From assembly GCA_021792255.1 (NCBI GenBank), contig JAJYUZ010000005.1:1-64000 (forward strand): 64,000 bases of DNA, read 5' to 3'. A program made the position numbers and the translations under genes. Shown in pieces: positions 9,701 through 18,560 of the stretch. This DNA comes from Thermoplasmata archaeon. Its GTDB lineage: Archaea; Thermoplasmatota; Thermoplasmata; Thermoplasmatales; GCA-001856825. The notes beneath the pieces were generated by a model, which did not search any database, was not told the DNA's origin, and saw nothing but the letters and a program-made list of their open reading frames with translations. Positions within the stretch are counted from its first letter, which is position 1. The number at the start of each line of letters is the position of its first letter.

Positions 9701-11685
9701 ATGTTTCCGTCCGAACTTATCAGCAGTGAAGACTCAACGTTGGGGAAGAATCCGTACTGCCCCCCAATCATTGGAATGTTCACATTCTCTCCAAAGATAC
9801 TCAGGAATGGGAAGGTATCTTCCACACTTATTGTATAGGAATTGTTCCAGGCATAGTTCGTTTCTTCCAGCGTCTCGAAACCAATTGATATCATCGACTT
9901 GAGCCAAAAGGGCTCGTTTACCATGTTTACCGGAATGGTCCTGTTAAAAGTCGTGTTGCTGTAGTAAGCGACAATTTCTATGAAACTTCCAGTAAGGGAA
10001 CCCATGTCGATTGTCGCCTGAAAGGTTCCCTGTGAACAGTTCGTTTCGCTGAATGGATAGGACGATCCCCCGCTGATGGCGACTACACTGTACGGTCTTT
10101 CCGGGCCCATCCCGAGGTGCAATTCAATCAGGTCGTCGAGTGTGTAATTCTTGAGGAAAATGTCCGAGAAACTGAACTGTGACTGGATCTTGAAAGTGCT
10201 TGAAGCACTGAAATAGATCGTTTCATTTACGGCCCCGCCAGAGACGATCAAGGTACCAGAACCCGGTGAAGCTGCAAACCCTGTTGACGCAGAAATGAAG
10301 TTGAAACTACCATTGATTTCTAGGAACTCTATCGTGGAAGGTCCGGAAGTTTTTGTGTTCCCTTGAACCTCTACAGACCATCCCACCGGACTCCCACATG
10401 AAGTGGTTGCGGGCAATCCAACCGGGTTAAAATAGATCGGATAGACATTGCTCCCGATCACGGTAATAAAGTTGGCATTCTCATTGGCAAGATACACTTC
10501 CAGATCGTTCATACCCAGAGACATGCTAGCGGTCCCGGTCAAAACAAAAGGCCTTACCAAGAATTGGTTTTGAATCACCAGGTTGCTGTCTATCGTGGTT
10601 ACGGTGTTCGTGTTGGTGCTGCCAACATAAATCAGCTTGTTTGCAGGATCGTAAATCCCATCGGTTGGGTAAGAATCGTTAATGCCTGCGACTACTGCAT
10701 TTGAAGAGTTCAGCACGGTGATAATGTTTCCGGAAGCATTCAGCAATAGCAGGTCGTTGTTTGCCGGATCGAACAGGAATGGAGTTAGAGAAAACCCACT
10801 CCCAAGTATTCCAGGAATGGTGGCCACGACGGATTCCGAAGGGCCAATGGCCTGGACCGACCCTGTGGACGAAGATGCGACATAGATGAAACCATTAGCT
10901 GGATCATAAATCATAGCGACTGGCTCTGGCAAGACGCCTATGCTGGCCGACTGGCCGTAGATAGCCACCACTCCCATCTGTGCGTTAGAAATGTAAACGT
11001 TTCCATTGGAAGGATCGTAGGTCAGATTCTGAACGAAGTATTGGCGGTTTGCAAATATGTTTAAGGTGTACGCATGTTGGCTATCATAAGACCACGTACC
11101 TATCAACTGTGTCCCGCTTATTACCGCGATCTCCGGAAAGGCTATGGACCATATAAGGAACGAAGTGTAGGCCACCAGAACGTAACCGTTTTCGGGATCG
11201 TAAATCATCGAACTTGCGTACGAATTTATGCCAAGAAAAATTGATGAAATTACAGAAGTCCCAGATACGACCTCTATGTCAGTGGATTGAGGTCCCGAAA
11301 GGTAAACGTATCCATTTTCAGGATCATAAATCATGCTGACGATTCCCATTCCGACGGAAAGGTTCGCAATGACAGAGTTTGTCGAGTCATCAATTACGAA
11401 TAGCGTACCAAATTGAGAGAGCGCATACGTGTAGTTTAGAATAGGATCGTACAAAATTGAGATTGAAGGCACTGACGTCGATATGTTCCCCACGATTGCT
11501 GTGATGGAAGAATTGGAACCCGAAAAAGAATTTGAGAATTCAAAATTTCCTCTGGGGATCGATTGTATTCCTCCAGAATTTACAGAGGTCGCCGAGGCAT
11601 AATTTATGGTAGAGAAATTTATGGCTACCAGTACGACTACTAGAACAACCGCGACACCACCCCTGGATCTGCCACTTATCTCCAT
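6739..11685 (-). CDS. Large membrane-anchored surface protein (YncE/YVTN-like beta-propeller, beta-rich core, FN3-like domain, thermopsin-type C-terminal repeats)
   Basis: Signal peptide, repeated (I/L)YDP(E/A/S)NGY(V/I)Y blades, F-x-E-x-GLP-x-G-x-x-W repeats, C-terminal TM helix and basic tail, many N-x-S/T sequons. Confidence 0.8.
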   Translation of the reverse strand: MEISGRSRGGVAVVLVVVLVAINFSTINYASATSVNSGGIQSIPRGNFEFSNSFSGSNSSITAIVGNISTSVPSISILYDPILNYTYALSQFGTLFVIDDSTNSVIANLSVGMGIVSMIYDPENGYVYLSGPQSTDIEVVSGTSVISSIFLGINSYASSMIYDPENGYVLVAYTSFLIWSIAFPEIAVISGTQLIGTWSYDSQHAYTLNIFANRQYFVQNLTYDPSNGNVYISNAQMGVVAIYGQSASIGVLPEPVAMIYDPANGFIYVASSSTGSVQAIGPSESVVATIPGILGSGFSLTPFLFDPANNDLLLLNASGNIITVLNSSNAVVAGINDSYPTDGIYDPANKLIYVGSTNTNTVTTIDSNLVIQNQFLVRPFVLTGTASMSLGMNDLEVYLANENANFITVIGSNVYPIYFNPVGLPATTSCGSPVGWSVEVQGNTKTSGPSTIEFLEINGSFNFISASTGFAASPGSGTLIVSGGAVNETIYFSASSTFKIQSQFSFSDIFLKNYTLDDLIELHLGMGPERPYSVVAISGGSSYPFSETNCSQGTFQATIDMGSLTGSFIEIVAYYSNTTFNRTIPVNMVNEPFWLKSMISIGFETLEETNYAWNNSYTISVEDTFPFLSIFGENVNIPMIGGQYGFFPNVESSLLISSDGNISMNAHIASPSLSIAGISTNSIPGLPITFSLSLTGQFSASNGNVTWISSTMTVSVSGSVSIPIPIVGYSFSVPDVGTVNIGLSVTITIAPTFVLTLALAPTNSSSSQFIANLDVMITSITSQVSIAVSAALNAGIGIASVSGGGTLTFNINMSIIPSPFTIGGDVQGSLFVDWNALVWSGTIWTSGAYNLFNWGPTTLSHVSRITMNATSGNASNFTLTPRYYNTSNYQSYRWVDGQWNGTAINDAYPYARFASSTSNNSTYILYSYDNVSVSERHGLGIQLLLSNSSSRNVTYLPDPKENGFIITNPKAMILQNGSLAVLWIAVPYNDTNVSNPFLVSTALLQYSVFNTTTFNWSKPFNITSSGIANSYSLAQIGSAIYVVLLWSKNTTSSPYLREYEMSQGPLPLVESGVTYSTLNISIPDASNIVSFRITNSGYQNLLVQFVNGSYEILGYRPLLFGPPPAPSVYQLPTFPGYTIKQAGLADNSSDILFVLYTNASYGDVFVGYNISNLSAPAFLYTLYLRLPISTSSVALISGNETSFVGVSTLDQTQYLDKLQVYCLGKLPGWNPKPDVRDTFNFTVNIRNITYFNIEKTNSALMSYTMSNYGNTSRPLMDLVLTYNAIVPPPSPVLQITGSNASTISLNWSVPGGSEYHIQRYLLNASINGHIYLSVILSNNTTSYNFQVKNGGDYKFWVYAVDPFGMSQRSNYATVTYYSASFVENGLPAGVPFQIDLNGTVSSGTSTVTFSLPNGTYSFTASSNSSMKVNPSTGITDIVGHSVTTYVFFTLNNSYLVNFTENGLPSGSQWSVTSGSTVYSSTSQYLLLYLTNGSYPVSFSSTNYAAYPASVTLSVNGSSQNHTVTFASATTSIYSIKFQESGLKAGMQWGVYLDGILSTSTNSSVIVYEPNGAFAYTIEKMSGYFSSPHSGNITVSGSNVIQHIAFTTSPQTAGLNLWYYLIIAIVIVLVLIVAATVLLMRKNGKRSKN

Positions 11686-11941
11686 ATTTTACTGACCTAC
11701 CGGCTAGGACCAAATCATTCAGTGGCACTGCCGTCATTCCCCCATCTTAACATTTCAGACTCTATGACTTTAATATCTTGTGCCTTAGTCTATGCTATTT
11801 ATATACGATTTACCTTTATTTAAAATATTCGTTTTGGTTAAAAAAGTTAGACTCTGGGTGCTTCTCAGAGTCATTTAGACCTCTGATCGAACCAGACAGT
11901 CACGATAAATAGAAATATCCGTAGAAATTTTCTACCAGATT

Positions 11942-12012
11942 GCGAGTGTAGTGTAGCGGTAGCACAAAAGCTTCCCAAGCTTTTAACCCGGGTCCGAATC
12001 CCGGCACTCGCA
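11942..12012 (+). tRNA. tRNA-Gly (anticodon CCC)
   Basis: Acceptor GCGAGTG/CACTCGC+A, D stem GTGT/GCAC, anticodon stem AAAGC/GCTTT with loop TT-CCC-AA (11974-11976), T stem CCGGG/CCCGG; T loop is atypical (TCCGAAT). Confidence 0.9.
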
Positions 12013-12099
12013 TGGTCATAAAACGTCAGGTGGTTAAGGGTTCGCATAGATGAGAACTGGTCTGTATCCGTTTCACCTTTGTCAGTACGGACTTTCCAA

Positions 12100-12287
12100 T
12101 CTTCCTTCATTTCAGTCAGGATTGCACTCATTTCGCTGTATGTCATTCCCTTTCCGGTTTTTGCATATTGTTCATTTCTCAGTGCGAGGAAATGATTCCA
12201 TACAAATCTGCATGCACCGAACTGTTCGGTGAGGAATCCCCTCTGACCTTCTTTTGGGTACATCCTGAATTTGTATGCTTTGAACAC
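12100..12287 (-). pseudogene. tnpB: Truncated TnpB (IS200/IS605 family), N-terminal HTH_OrfB region only
   Basis: MFKAYKFRMYP...FGACRFVWNHFLALRNEQY...LTEMKE; similarity is lost after about 62 aa; no RuvC or Zn finger. Confidence 0.85.
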
Positions 12288-12324
12288 AATTATATGATTG
12301 ATTGTTTTAATATAAATGCCGTGA

Positions 12325-12382
12325 TTGAGGGAAGTCCTTGTATCCCACTGCTGAAGCAGATGGGTTTTAATGCTTCCCTCAA
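12325..12382. mobile_element. IS200/IS605-type subterminal hairpin (left end of the tnpB remnant)
   Basis: TTGAGGGAAG/CTTCCCTCAA outer stem enclosing CCCA-CTGC-TGAA-GCAG-A-TGGG, immediately upstream of tnpB. Confidence 0.65.
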
Positions 12383-12426
12383 ACTCCTAACTTATTCATA
12401 AATACAATGACGGAATATCCATTTTC

Positions 12427-13689
12427 GTGTTCAGTGATTCTCAAGAGAAGATAGATTCGTCCTTCAAATTTCTCCTCATATCAAGGTCGGCAAGAAGCAT
12501 AGCTTTGATTTTCGTTACGCTTGCCTTTTCACTATATCTAAGTGACTTGGGGTACAGTGTGGTGTTCATTGGGTTGATCTTCATTCCCATAATACTTTTC
12601 AACATGTTCTTCTCCCTTGCTCTGGGTATCCTGGGAGATAGATTCGGTTATAGCCTGTCTCTCATTGTCGGCGAAGTCTTGCCTCTCGCAGGTTTGGCTG
12701 GCCTTACAGTTTCTACCAACATATACGTTCTCGCAATATCCGCCATAGCGACAGGTATCACGGGCACCGCAGGTGGAATGAGAGGTGCCTTTTCCCCAGG
12801 CACGACTGCATTCGTTGCGAGCAACTGGCCTGACGAGACCAATAGGGTGACCCGAATTGCAAACATGAGCGTGGTCGCTTCGTTATCATCTATCGTCGGA
12901 AGTCTTTTCCTGGTATCGCACGGATATCTCACGCCTTACTTCGGTACCGCGGGCACATTCCGGTTCCTATTCGGAATTTCATTCTCAATACTCTTGGTTT
13001 CTCTAATCTCGCTTCTACTCCTAAAGGAGAGAAAGAGACCAAAGAAAACGAGCAGGGTCATGAAGAAAGAGAGCCTCTCGTATCTGCTCAGAATTCTCTG
13101 GCCGAATTTGATCAATGGTTCTGCTATCGGAATCTTTTCGCCACTTCTTCCGCTGTGGTTTGAGATGAGGTTCCACATTTCCGTTTCGTCGGTCGGAGCG
13201 GTATTCACTCTGGCTTATGCGGCAACGGCAATAGGTTCCTACATTTCTGGTAGGTATCTGAACTCGAAACGAATAAGGGCGATAACGGTATCGTCGGTCA
13301 CCAGGCTTTTCCAGGGACTGCTTCTCATCGCGATCGCATTCTCTCCCTTCGGACTGATAGCCTTCTCTTTCTACGCCATCAGAAGTGCGGTTGCGGGAAT
13401 GGGAATGCCCATGAGAACCGCCATCAATGTCAGGGGGATAGGGAACGAGGACTATGGAACTGCGTCAAGCATCCAGGGAGTAGCGACCAGAGGATCTCAG
13501 AGCACGTCAGGACTGTCAGGCTATCTCATGGACGCATATCTTCCCTCTCCGCTATTTCTGGGAGGTGCACTTCAGGTTGCAGGATCGTTGGTATATTATC
13601 GCGTGATTAGAAACTGGGAGAAGCAACACGATACTTCCACGAATCAAAAGATCGATTCCGGCTCGGATTTCCCTCCGAACGAAAAGTGA
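12427..13689 (+). CDS. MFS transporter
   Basis: About 12 hydrophobic helices, motif A GILGDRFG, 420 aa. Confidence 0.9.
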   Translation: MFSDSQEKIDSSFKFLLISRSARSIALIFVTLAFSLYLSDLGYSVVFIGLIFIPIILFNMFFSLALGILGDRFGYSLSLIVGEVLPLAGLAGLTVSTNIYVLAISAIATGITGTAGGMRGAFSPGTTAFVASNWPDETNRVTRIANMSVVASLSSIVGSLFLVSHGYLTPYFGTAGTFRFLFGISFSILLVSLISLLLLKERKRPKKTSRVMKKESLSYLLRILWPNLINGSAIGIFSPLLPLWFEMRFHISVSSVGAVFTLAYAATAIGSYISGRYLNSKRIRAITVSSVTRLFQGLLLIAIAFSPFGLIAFSFYAIRSAVAGMGMPMRTAINVRGIGNEDYGTASSIQGVATRGSQSTSGLSGYLMDAYLPSPLFLGGALQVAGSLVYYRVIRNWEKQHDTSTNQKIDSGSDFPPNEK

Positions 13690-13764
13690 AGCAGAATGAA
13701 GGGGCAACTCATTTCACGCTTCAACGAACAAAAAACTTTTAATTTTAAGCATACTTAAAATTCA

Positions 13765-14424
13765 ATGACAGAAACAACAAATGCAATTCCAACGATACCA
13801 AAGATCGGAGACAGAGCGCCAGACTTCCAAGCCAGCTCTTCCAAGGGACCGTTGTCACTGAAAGACTACAAGGGGAAATGGGTTGTACTGTTTTCCCACC
13901 CAGCGGACTTCACGCCAGTATGCACGACAGAATTCATCGAATTCGCAAAGAGGTACGAAGAGTTTGAGAAAAGAAATGCCCAACTTATAGGTCTGAGCAT
14001 AGATTCAGTCTATTCGCATATAGCCTGGCTACTTCAGATGGAAAAGATGTATGAAGTGGAAGTGAAGTTCCCCGTTATAGCGGATCTCAACATGAACGTT
14101 GCAAATCTTTACGGTCTGATACACGAGAGAGCGAGTGCAACCAGCACCGTAAGAGCTGTATTCTTCATAGACCCAGAAGGAGTAGTCAGAGCTCTGATAT
14201 ACTATCCCGCAAGCACGGGTAGAAACATAGACGAGATACTCAGGGTGCTAGATTCTCTCACATATGTCGATTCATTCATGATCGCAACGCCTGCCAACTG
14301 GAACGTGGGAGACGATGTAATTGTTCCCCAGCCAGCGACCCTTAATGCGGCAAAGGAGAGATTGAAGGACAAGAATCTCAACGTGAAGGACTGGTTCCTC
14401 GCAATAAAGAAGTCTCCGAAGTAG
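13765..14424 (+). CDS. Peroxiredoxin (Prx6/archaeal type)
   Basis: FSHPADFTPVCTTEF active site, GRNIDEILR, TPANW. Confidence 0.96.
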   Translation: MTETTNAIPTIPKIGDRAPDFQASSSKGPLSLKDYKGKWVVLFSHPADFTPVCTTEFIEFAKRYEEFEKRNAQLIGLSIDSVYSHIAWLLQMEKMYEVEVKFPVIADLNMNVANLYGLIHERASATSTVRAVFFIDPEGVVRALIYYPASTGRNIDEILRVLDSLTYVDSFMIATPANWNVGDDVIVPQPATLNAAKERLKDKNLNVKDWFLAIKKSPK

Positions 14425-14447
14425 CTTTTTCTAATTCAATTTTTTTT
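14425..14447 (+). terminator. Probable U-rich archaeal terminator after the peroxiredoxin gene
   Basis: CTTTTT and T8 runs directly after the stop. Confidence 0.45.
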
Positions 14448-14521
14448 AACCACTTATTTCCACGATCAAGAATTCGGAAAAGAAAATATTGGGAATTCGC
14501 ATCTTGTTTCGTCTGATGTAC

Positions 14522-15049
14522 ATGACCGATAACAATTCACACATTAGAAGATGGCACGGCAGAAGACCATTCTCTATTGACGATGAAGCAATTGTTGACT
14601 TTCTAGGGATCACAAAAGGAATGAGTATTTTGGACGTCGGGGGAGCGGACGGATACTATTCCAAGAGGTTCGTAGCTAGAGGAGCGACTGTCACCATCAT
14701 AGATGCACACGATTATGATTTCAAGGAGTTGAATGGTGTTGGCATAAAGACCATCTTGCACGATTTTTGCAGCTTTGATGGAGGCAATTATGACCTCGTT
14801 TTCATGGCTCATGTCTATCACGATCTGGTCCATACGTGCAAGAAGAAGACTCTTGAAAACCTATCAAGAGTTTCATCGAAATACATCGCCAACCTAGATT
14901 TCACGAAGGACGACTTCGGATTCGGTCCTCCTGTCTCGGAAAGACTGACAAAAGAGGAAGTCGTTCAGGACATGAGGAGCATAGGGTTCGCACTTGAAAG
15001 GAGTATGGACCTGCCATTTCATTACCTACAAGTGTTCGTTCGAGATTGA
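14522..15049 (+). CDS. Class I SAM-dependent methyltransferase
   Basis: ILDVGGADGYYS motif I, YDLVFMAHVYHD, FGPPVSERL; ATG 14522 preferred over TTG 14489. Confidence 0.85.
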   Translation: MTDNNSHIRRWHGRRPFSIDDEAIVDFLGITKGMSILDVGGADGYYSKRFVARGATVTIIDAHDYDFKELNGVGIKTILHDFCSFDGGNYDLVFMAHVYHDLVHTCKKKTLENLSRVSSKYIANLDFTKDDFGFGPPVSERLTKEEVVQDMRSIGFALERSMDLPFHYLQVFVRD

Positions 15050-15107
15050 CAATAAAAAATATGTCAAATAACACTGTTGGGATTCAGTCTTCCGGACTAA
15101 TTGTAGA

Positions 15108-15168
15108 CTAAAATATGCGTTGGAAACGCAAATTTTAGCGAAATTTGTGCGTTTTAAACGCAAATTTT
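15108..15168. promoter_or_regulatory. Tandem palindromic operator-like sites TGCGTT-N3-AACGCA upstream of the AAA/DUF4143 gene
   Basis: Copies at 15116-15130 and 15148-15162, each followed by AATTTT, 32 bp apart, abutting a TATA-like TTTTTAATA. Confidence 0.6.
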
Positions 15169-15195
15169 TAATAACACATTGAACTATCATCAGGG

Positions 15196-16470
15196 ATGGA
15201 CATCGAGTTACTAAAGAGAATTATCAGTGATGAAGAATCTGAGATACAACAGAAATTTAAGAACGAGAACATAGTAGAAAGAGAATATCAAGCTGAAATT
15301 GAGAGATACTTAACCAGACCAAATGCAATAATCCTAAGCGGAGTAAGAAGAAGTGGAAAATCCACTTCAGCTGTTTTGATTACACGAGGGGAGAAGTCTG
15401 CGAGAATCGACTTCGACCATCCTTCCCTAGAAGGAATGAAATCGAGTGACCTGATAAAACTGAATGAAGCAATCATTGAGTTGAAAGGCAGTGTCAAGTT
15501 CATCATACTAGATGAAGTTCAAAATGTAGAAGGCTGGGAACTCTTTGTCTCCAGATTACGAGAAACAAATATCGTTATTGTAACAGGAAGCAACTCCGAA
15601 CTCATGTCGGAAGAATTAGCCAGTAGGTTAACGGGCAGATACGTGAGTTTCACAACTTTTCCTTTTTCTTTCAGAGAATATCTGAGCTATCTTAACTTCT
15701 CGCCTAACGTTTATGTGGCCAGTGATAGAACTAGGACTAGATCACACTTCGATAGTTATGTTAGAACGGGCGGTTTCCCTGAAGCCATAAGCTTTGGGGA
15801 AAGGTTCCTCGCACAGATATACTCGGACATACTGACGAAGGACATCGAGAGGAGATTCGGTATAAGAAATAGAGCCACTTTCAGGGAATTCTCCAGATAC
15901 ATTCTATCGAACGTTTCCAAGGAAATTAGCTTCAACAAACTGAAGAATGTCTTCGGTTTAAAGAGCGTTCATACGGTAAGCAATTATCTTAGCTTTCTGG
16001 AGAAGGCCTTTCTGGTATTTGTCATTAACAAGTATTCCGACAAACTAAAAGAACAAGTGAGGGGAAGGAAAAAGGTATATTCTATCGACACAGGGATGGC
16101 TATTGCCCTTGGTTTCAGGCCAACAGAAGATAGGGGTAGACTGCTTGAAAATATAGTGGCGCTGCAGTTGATTAGGAGAAAGCATTACTTCAACACTAGA
16201 CTGGAAATTTACTACTGGAAAGACTATGCTGGAAACGAAGTAGATTTTGTTCTGAGGGAGGGAAACTCCATAACACAGCTCATTCAAGTTTCCTACAATA
16301 TCGATGACCTAGACACGAAGAAAAGAGAAGTCGACTCCTTGCTCACCTGCTCGGACAATCTCAAATGCGAAAACCTTCTAGTATTAACGAACGACCATGA
16401 AGGTACTGAGAATTTTGAAGGGAAATCCATTAGATTCATTCCTATTTGGAAGTGGTTACTAGAAGATTAA
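15196..16470 (+). CDS. AAA_14 ATPase with DUF4143 domain
   Basis: GVRRSGKST Walker A, ILDEVQ Walker B, VTGSNS, LTGR, GGFPE, KVYSIDTG, LENIV, EVDFV...IQVS. Confidence 0.92.
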   Translation: MDIELLKRIISDEESEIQQKFKNENIVEREYQAEIERYLTRPNAIILSGVRRSGKSTSAVLITRGEKSARIDFDHPSLEGMKSSDLIKLNEAIIELKGSVKFIILDEVQNVEGWELFVSRLRETNIVIVTGSNSELMSEELASRLTGRYVSFTTFPFSFREYLSYLNFSPNVYVASDRTRTRSHFDSYVRTGGFPEAISFGERFLAQIYSDILTKDIERRFGIRNRATFREFSRYILSNVSKEISFNKLKNVFGLKSVHTVSNYLSFLEKAFLVFVINKYSDKLKEQVRGRKKVYSIDTGMAIALGFRPTEDRGRLLENIVALQLIRRKHYFNTRLEIYYWKDYAGNEVDFVLREGNSITQLIQVSYNIDDLDTKKREVDSLLTCSDNLKCENLLVLTNDHEGTENFEGKSIRFIPIWKWLLED

Positions 16471-16556
16471 GACTAACAGAGCCCATCTCCATCAAGGTTA
16501 TATTGCAACAATCTTAAAAGATTAAATACTCGCTATAAATATTAAATCGATAGAAT

Positions 16557-16811
16557 ATGGAGACTGACGTCACCAATCTTATTGGGCTTGAAATTTTCAG
16601 CGACAGGGGATACAGATTAGGTAGTGTAAACGACGTTACCGTCGATTTTGACACTCAAACAATTTATGGACTCTACGTCGAGAGAACCAACGACGGACTA
16701 GTAGAAGATGGTGTTTCAGTGCTCGTCCCTTACAGATGGGTAAGAGCAGTCGGAGACGTTATAATTCTCAAGAGATTCCCCACATTCGTCTCTGTCTCGG
16801 CCTCTGAATAA
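16557..16811 (+). CDS. PRC-barrel domain protein (CdpB-like)
   Basis: LIGLEIFSDRGYRLGSVNDV...VPYRWVRAVGDVIILK, 84 aa. Confidence 0.85.
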   Translation: METDVTNLIGLEIFSDRGYRLGSVNDVTVDFDTQTIYGLYVERTNDGLVEDGVSVLVPYRWVRAVGDVIILKRFPTFVSVSASE

Positions 16812-16868
16812 GAACTCTTTTCTCCTCGGAATCTCTCTATCTGGAATTTCCTTTTAGAGTGGTCCGGT

Positions 16869-18560
16869 TCATGGGTGTGTAAAATAGCCCTCTTTCTCGT
16901 TGAGCACGTTGACGTATCCATATCTCTCAAACTGGTGGACCGTACCTAGATAGTTTAGTGCATTCTTTTCGACTAGCCCCGTGTCTACCGTCCCATCTGG
17001 TTTAGCTACGACGAATGGAATCTCGTTCCCTGATAGCCAGTGAATTATCGGGACCTTCCCGAGTGGTTTGTTGGGGCTCCATTTTTGAACATCCTCGTTG
17101 ATGCTTGTACCAACATAATGGATCTCATCCGGTTCTATTTTGAAATATCCTAGGTCCTTCAGACGTACCAGTTCTCCATTGAACTTCTGGTAGTCCTGTG
17201 AGGAAATTATTATGGTCCCTTTTCCAACAGTGTAGTGTCTGTTCTTGTGTTCACCGGCCCTATTTGACTGGGGGAAGAGGGGTATATCGGCGGTTAGAGT
17301 TCCCTCGAAATCAAAGTCAAGGTATACCGGTTGATTCACGAAGAAGTGTCTCGGTGAGCGATTGTCAATGATCTTTCTGTTGAAGGAATAGAATATTTCC
17401 CAGGAGAACGTCGTGTCCACACTTCCTATGCCCGACTCTACGTAGTACTTTCTTATTGCAAGAGGGTCGAACCCCCTCTTCTTGAGCGCAAGTAGAGTTC
17501 CCAATTTTGGATCGTCCCATCCAGAAAATTCACCGCTCCTTATCCCCTTCTTTATCAATGAAGTCTTCAGGATCGAGTGTTCAATCGATACCTTGCCGTA
17601 GTGTAAGTAGTAGGGCACTTTCCAGTTCCTGTATCCGAAGATGTACTTCTGTTTCTCTGTGTTGGCTATGTGGTCCTTACCTCTGATGACGTGGGTCAAT
17701 CCAAGATAGTGATCGTCGATTGCTACAGAGAAATTCATCATCGGATAGGCCTTGTATTTGTCCCCCTCAAGGGGGTGAGGAATATCGATTATTCTGAATG
17801 CGATAAAGTCTCTTATTGCGGGATTTGGGTGATCGAGATCCGTCTTCACAACTGCGTATACTTCTCCTTTTTCGTACTCTCCCGAGACCATCTTCGACCA
17901 TCTCTCAAGATTTTCTTCTGGAGATTCATCCCTCTCTTTGATTGGCATTCCCTTCTGTTTCTTCGCCTTGAATTCTTCGGTCGGCGTAGTTGCAACGTAT
18001 GCCTTCCCCATCTCGATGAGCTTCTTCATCTCGTCATAGTATATGTCGAATCTCTTTGATTGAACGACCAGGTCAGTAAAATTGACCTCGAGCCACTTGA
18101 GGTCGTCCTGGATCATCTGATATGCCGCAGGTTCTATATTTGCAGGATTTGTGTCTTCTATCCTCAGGATCAACTTGCCACCGTATCTCCTGAAGTACTC
18201 GTCGTTGAGTATCGACATCCTTGCGTGACCAATGTGTAGGGGTCCAGATGGAGAAGGTGCAAGTCTCATGACCACTCCACTATTCTCAACGTTAGGTAGA
18301 TCTGGCAGTCTCTTTTCGTCCTCTTTGGCCGCAGTCACAAGAAGTTCTGGAAAGTCCCTCTGGATGATTGCATTCTTTTCTTCCTTTGAAAGTGAATTGA
18401 CTTCCTCTACGATTTCTTTGATCATCGGAATCAGGGATTTGAGATTCTTGCGCTCTTCCGGAAATAACCCTATCGTCTTTGAAACGACGGAATTCGGTTC
18501 CGCCTTTCCATCATGCTCCAGTGCGTTTAAAGACGCTATCGCCCTTATCTTCTCTCTCAC
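16869..18560 (-). CDS. gltX: Glutamyl-tRNA synthetase
   Basis: RLAPSPSGPLHIGH, LRIEDTNP, THVIRGKDH, GWDDPKLGTL, QFERYGY; GTG 18560 with a GGAGG SD preferred as start. Confidence 0.96.
   Translation of the reverse strand: MREKIRAIASLNALEHDGKAEPNSVVSKTIGLFPEERKNLKSLIPMIKEIVEEVNSLSKEEKNAIIQRDFPELLVTAAKEDEKRLPDLPNVENSGVVMRLAPSPSGPLHIGHARMSILNDEYFRRYGGKLILRIEDTNPANIEPAAYQMIQDDLKWLEVNFTDLVVQSKRFDIYYDEMKKLIEMGKAYVATTPTEEFKAKKQKGMPIKERDESPEENLERWSKMVSGEYEKGEVYAVVKTDLDHPNPAIRDFIAFRIIDIPHPLEGDKYKAYPMMNFSVAIDDHYLGLTHVIRGKDHIANTEKQKYIFGYRNWKVPYYLHYGKVSIEHSILKTSLIKKGIRSGEFSGWDDPKLGTLLALKKRGFDPLAIRKYYVESGIGSVDTTFSWEIFYSFNRKIIDNRSPRHFFVNQPVYLDFDFEGTLTADIPLFPQSNRAGEHKNRHYTVGKGTIIISSQDYQKFNGELVRLKDLGYFKIEPDEIHYVGTSINEDVQKWSPNKPLGKVPIIHWLSGNEIPFVVAKPDGTVDTGLVEKNALNYLGTVHQFERYGYVNVLNEKEGYFTHP

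Noticed and set aside
11871-12100. C-terminal half of the 138-aa ORF
   Set aside because: Read-through of the truncated tnpB across the antisense strand of tRNA-Gly, with no TnpB features.
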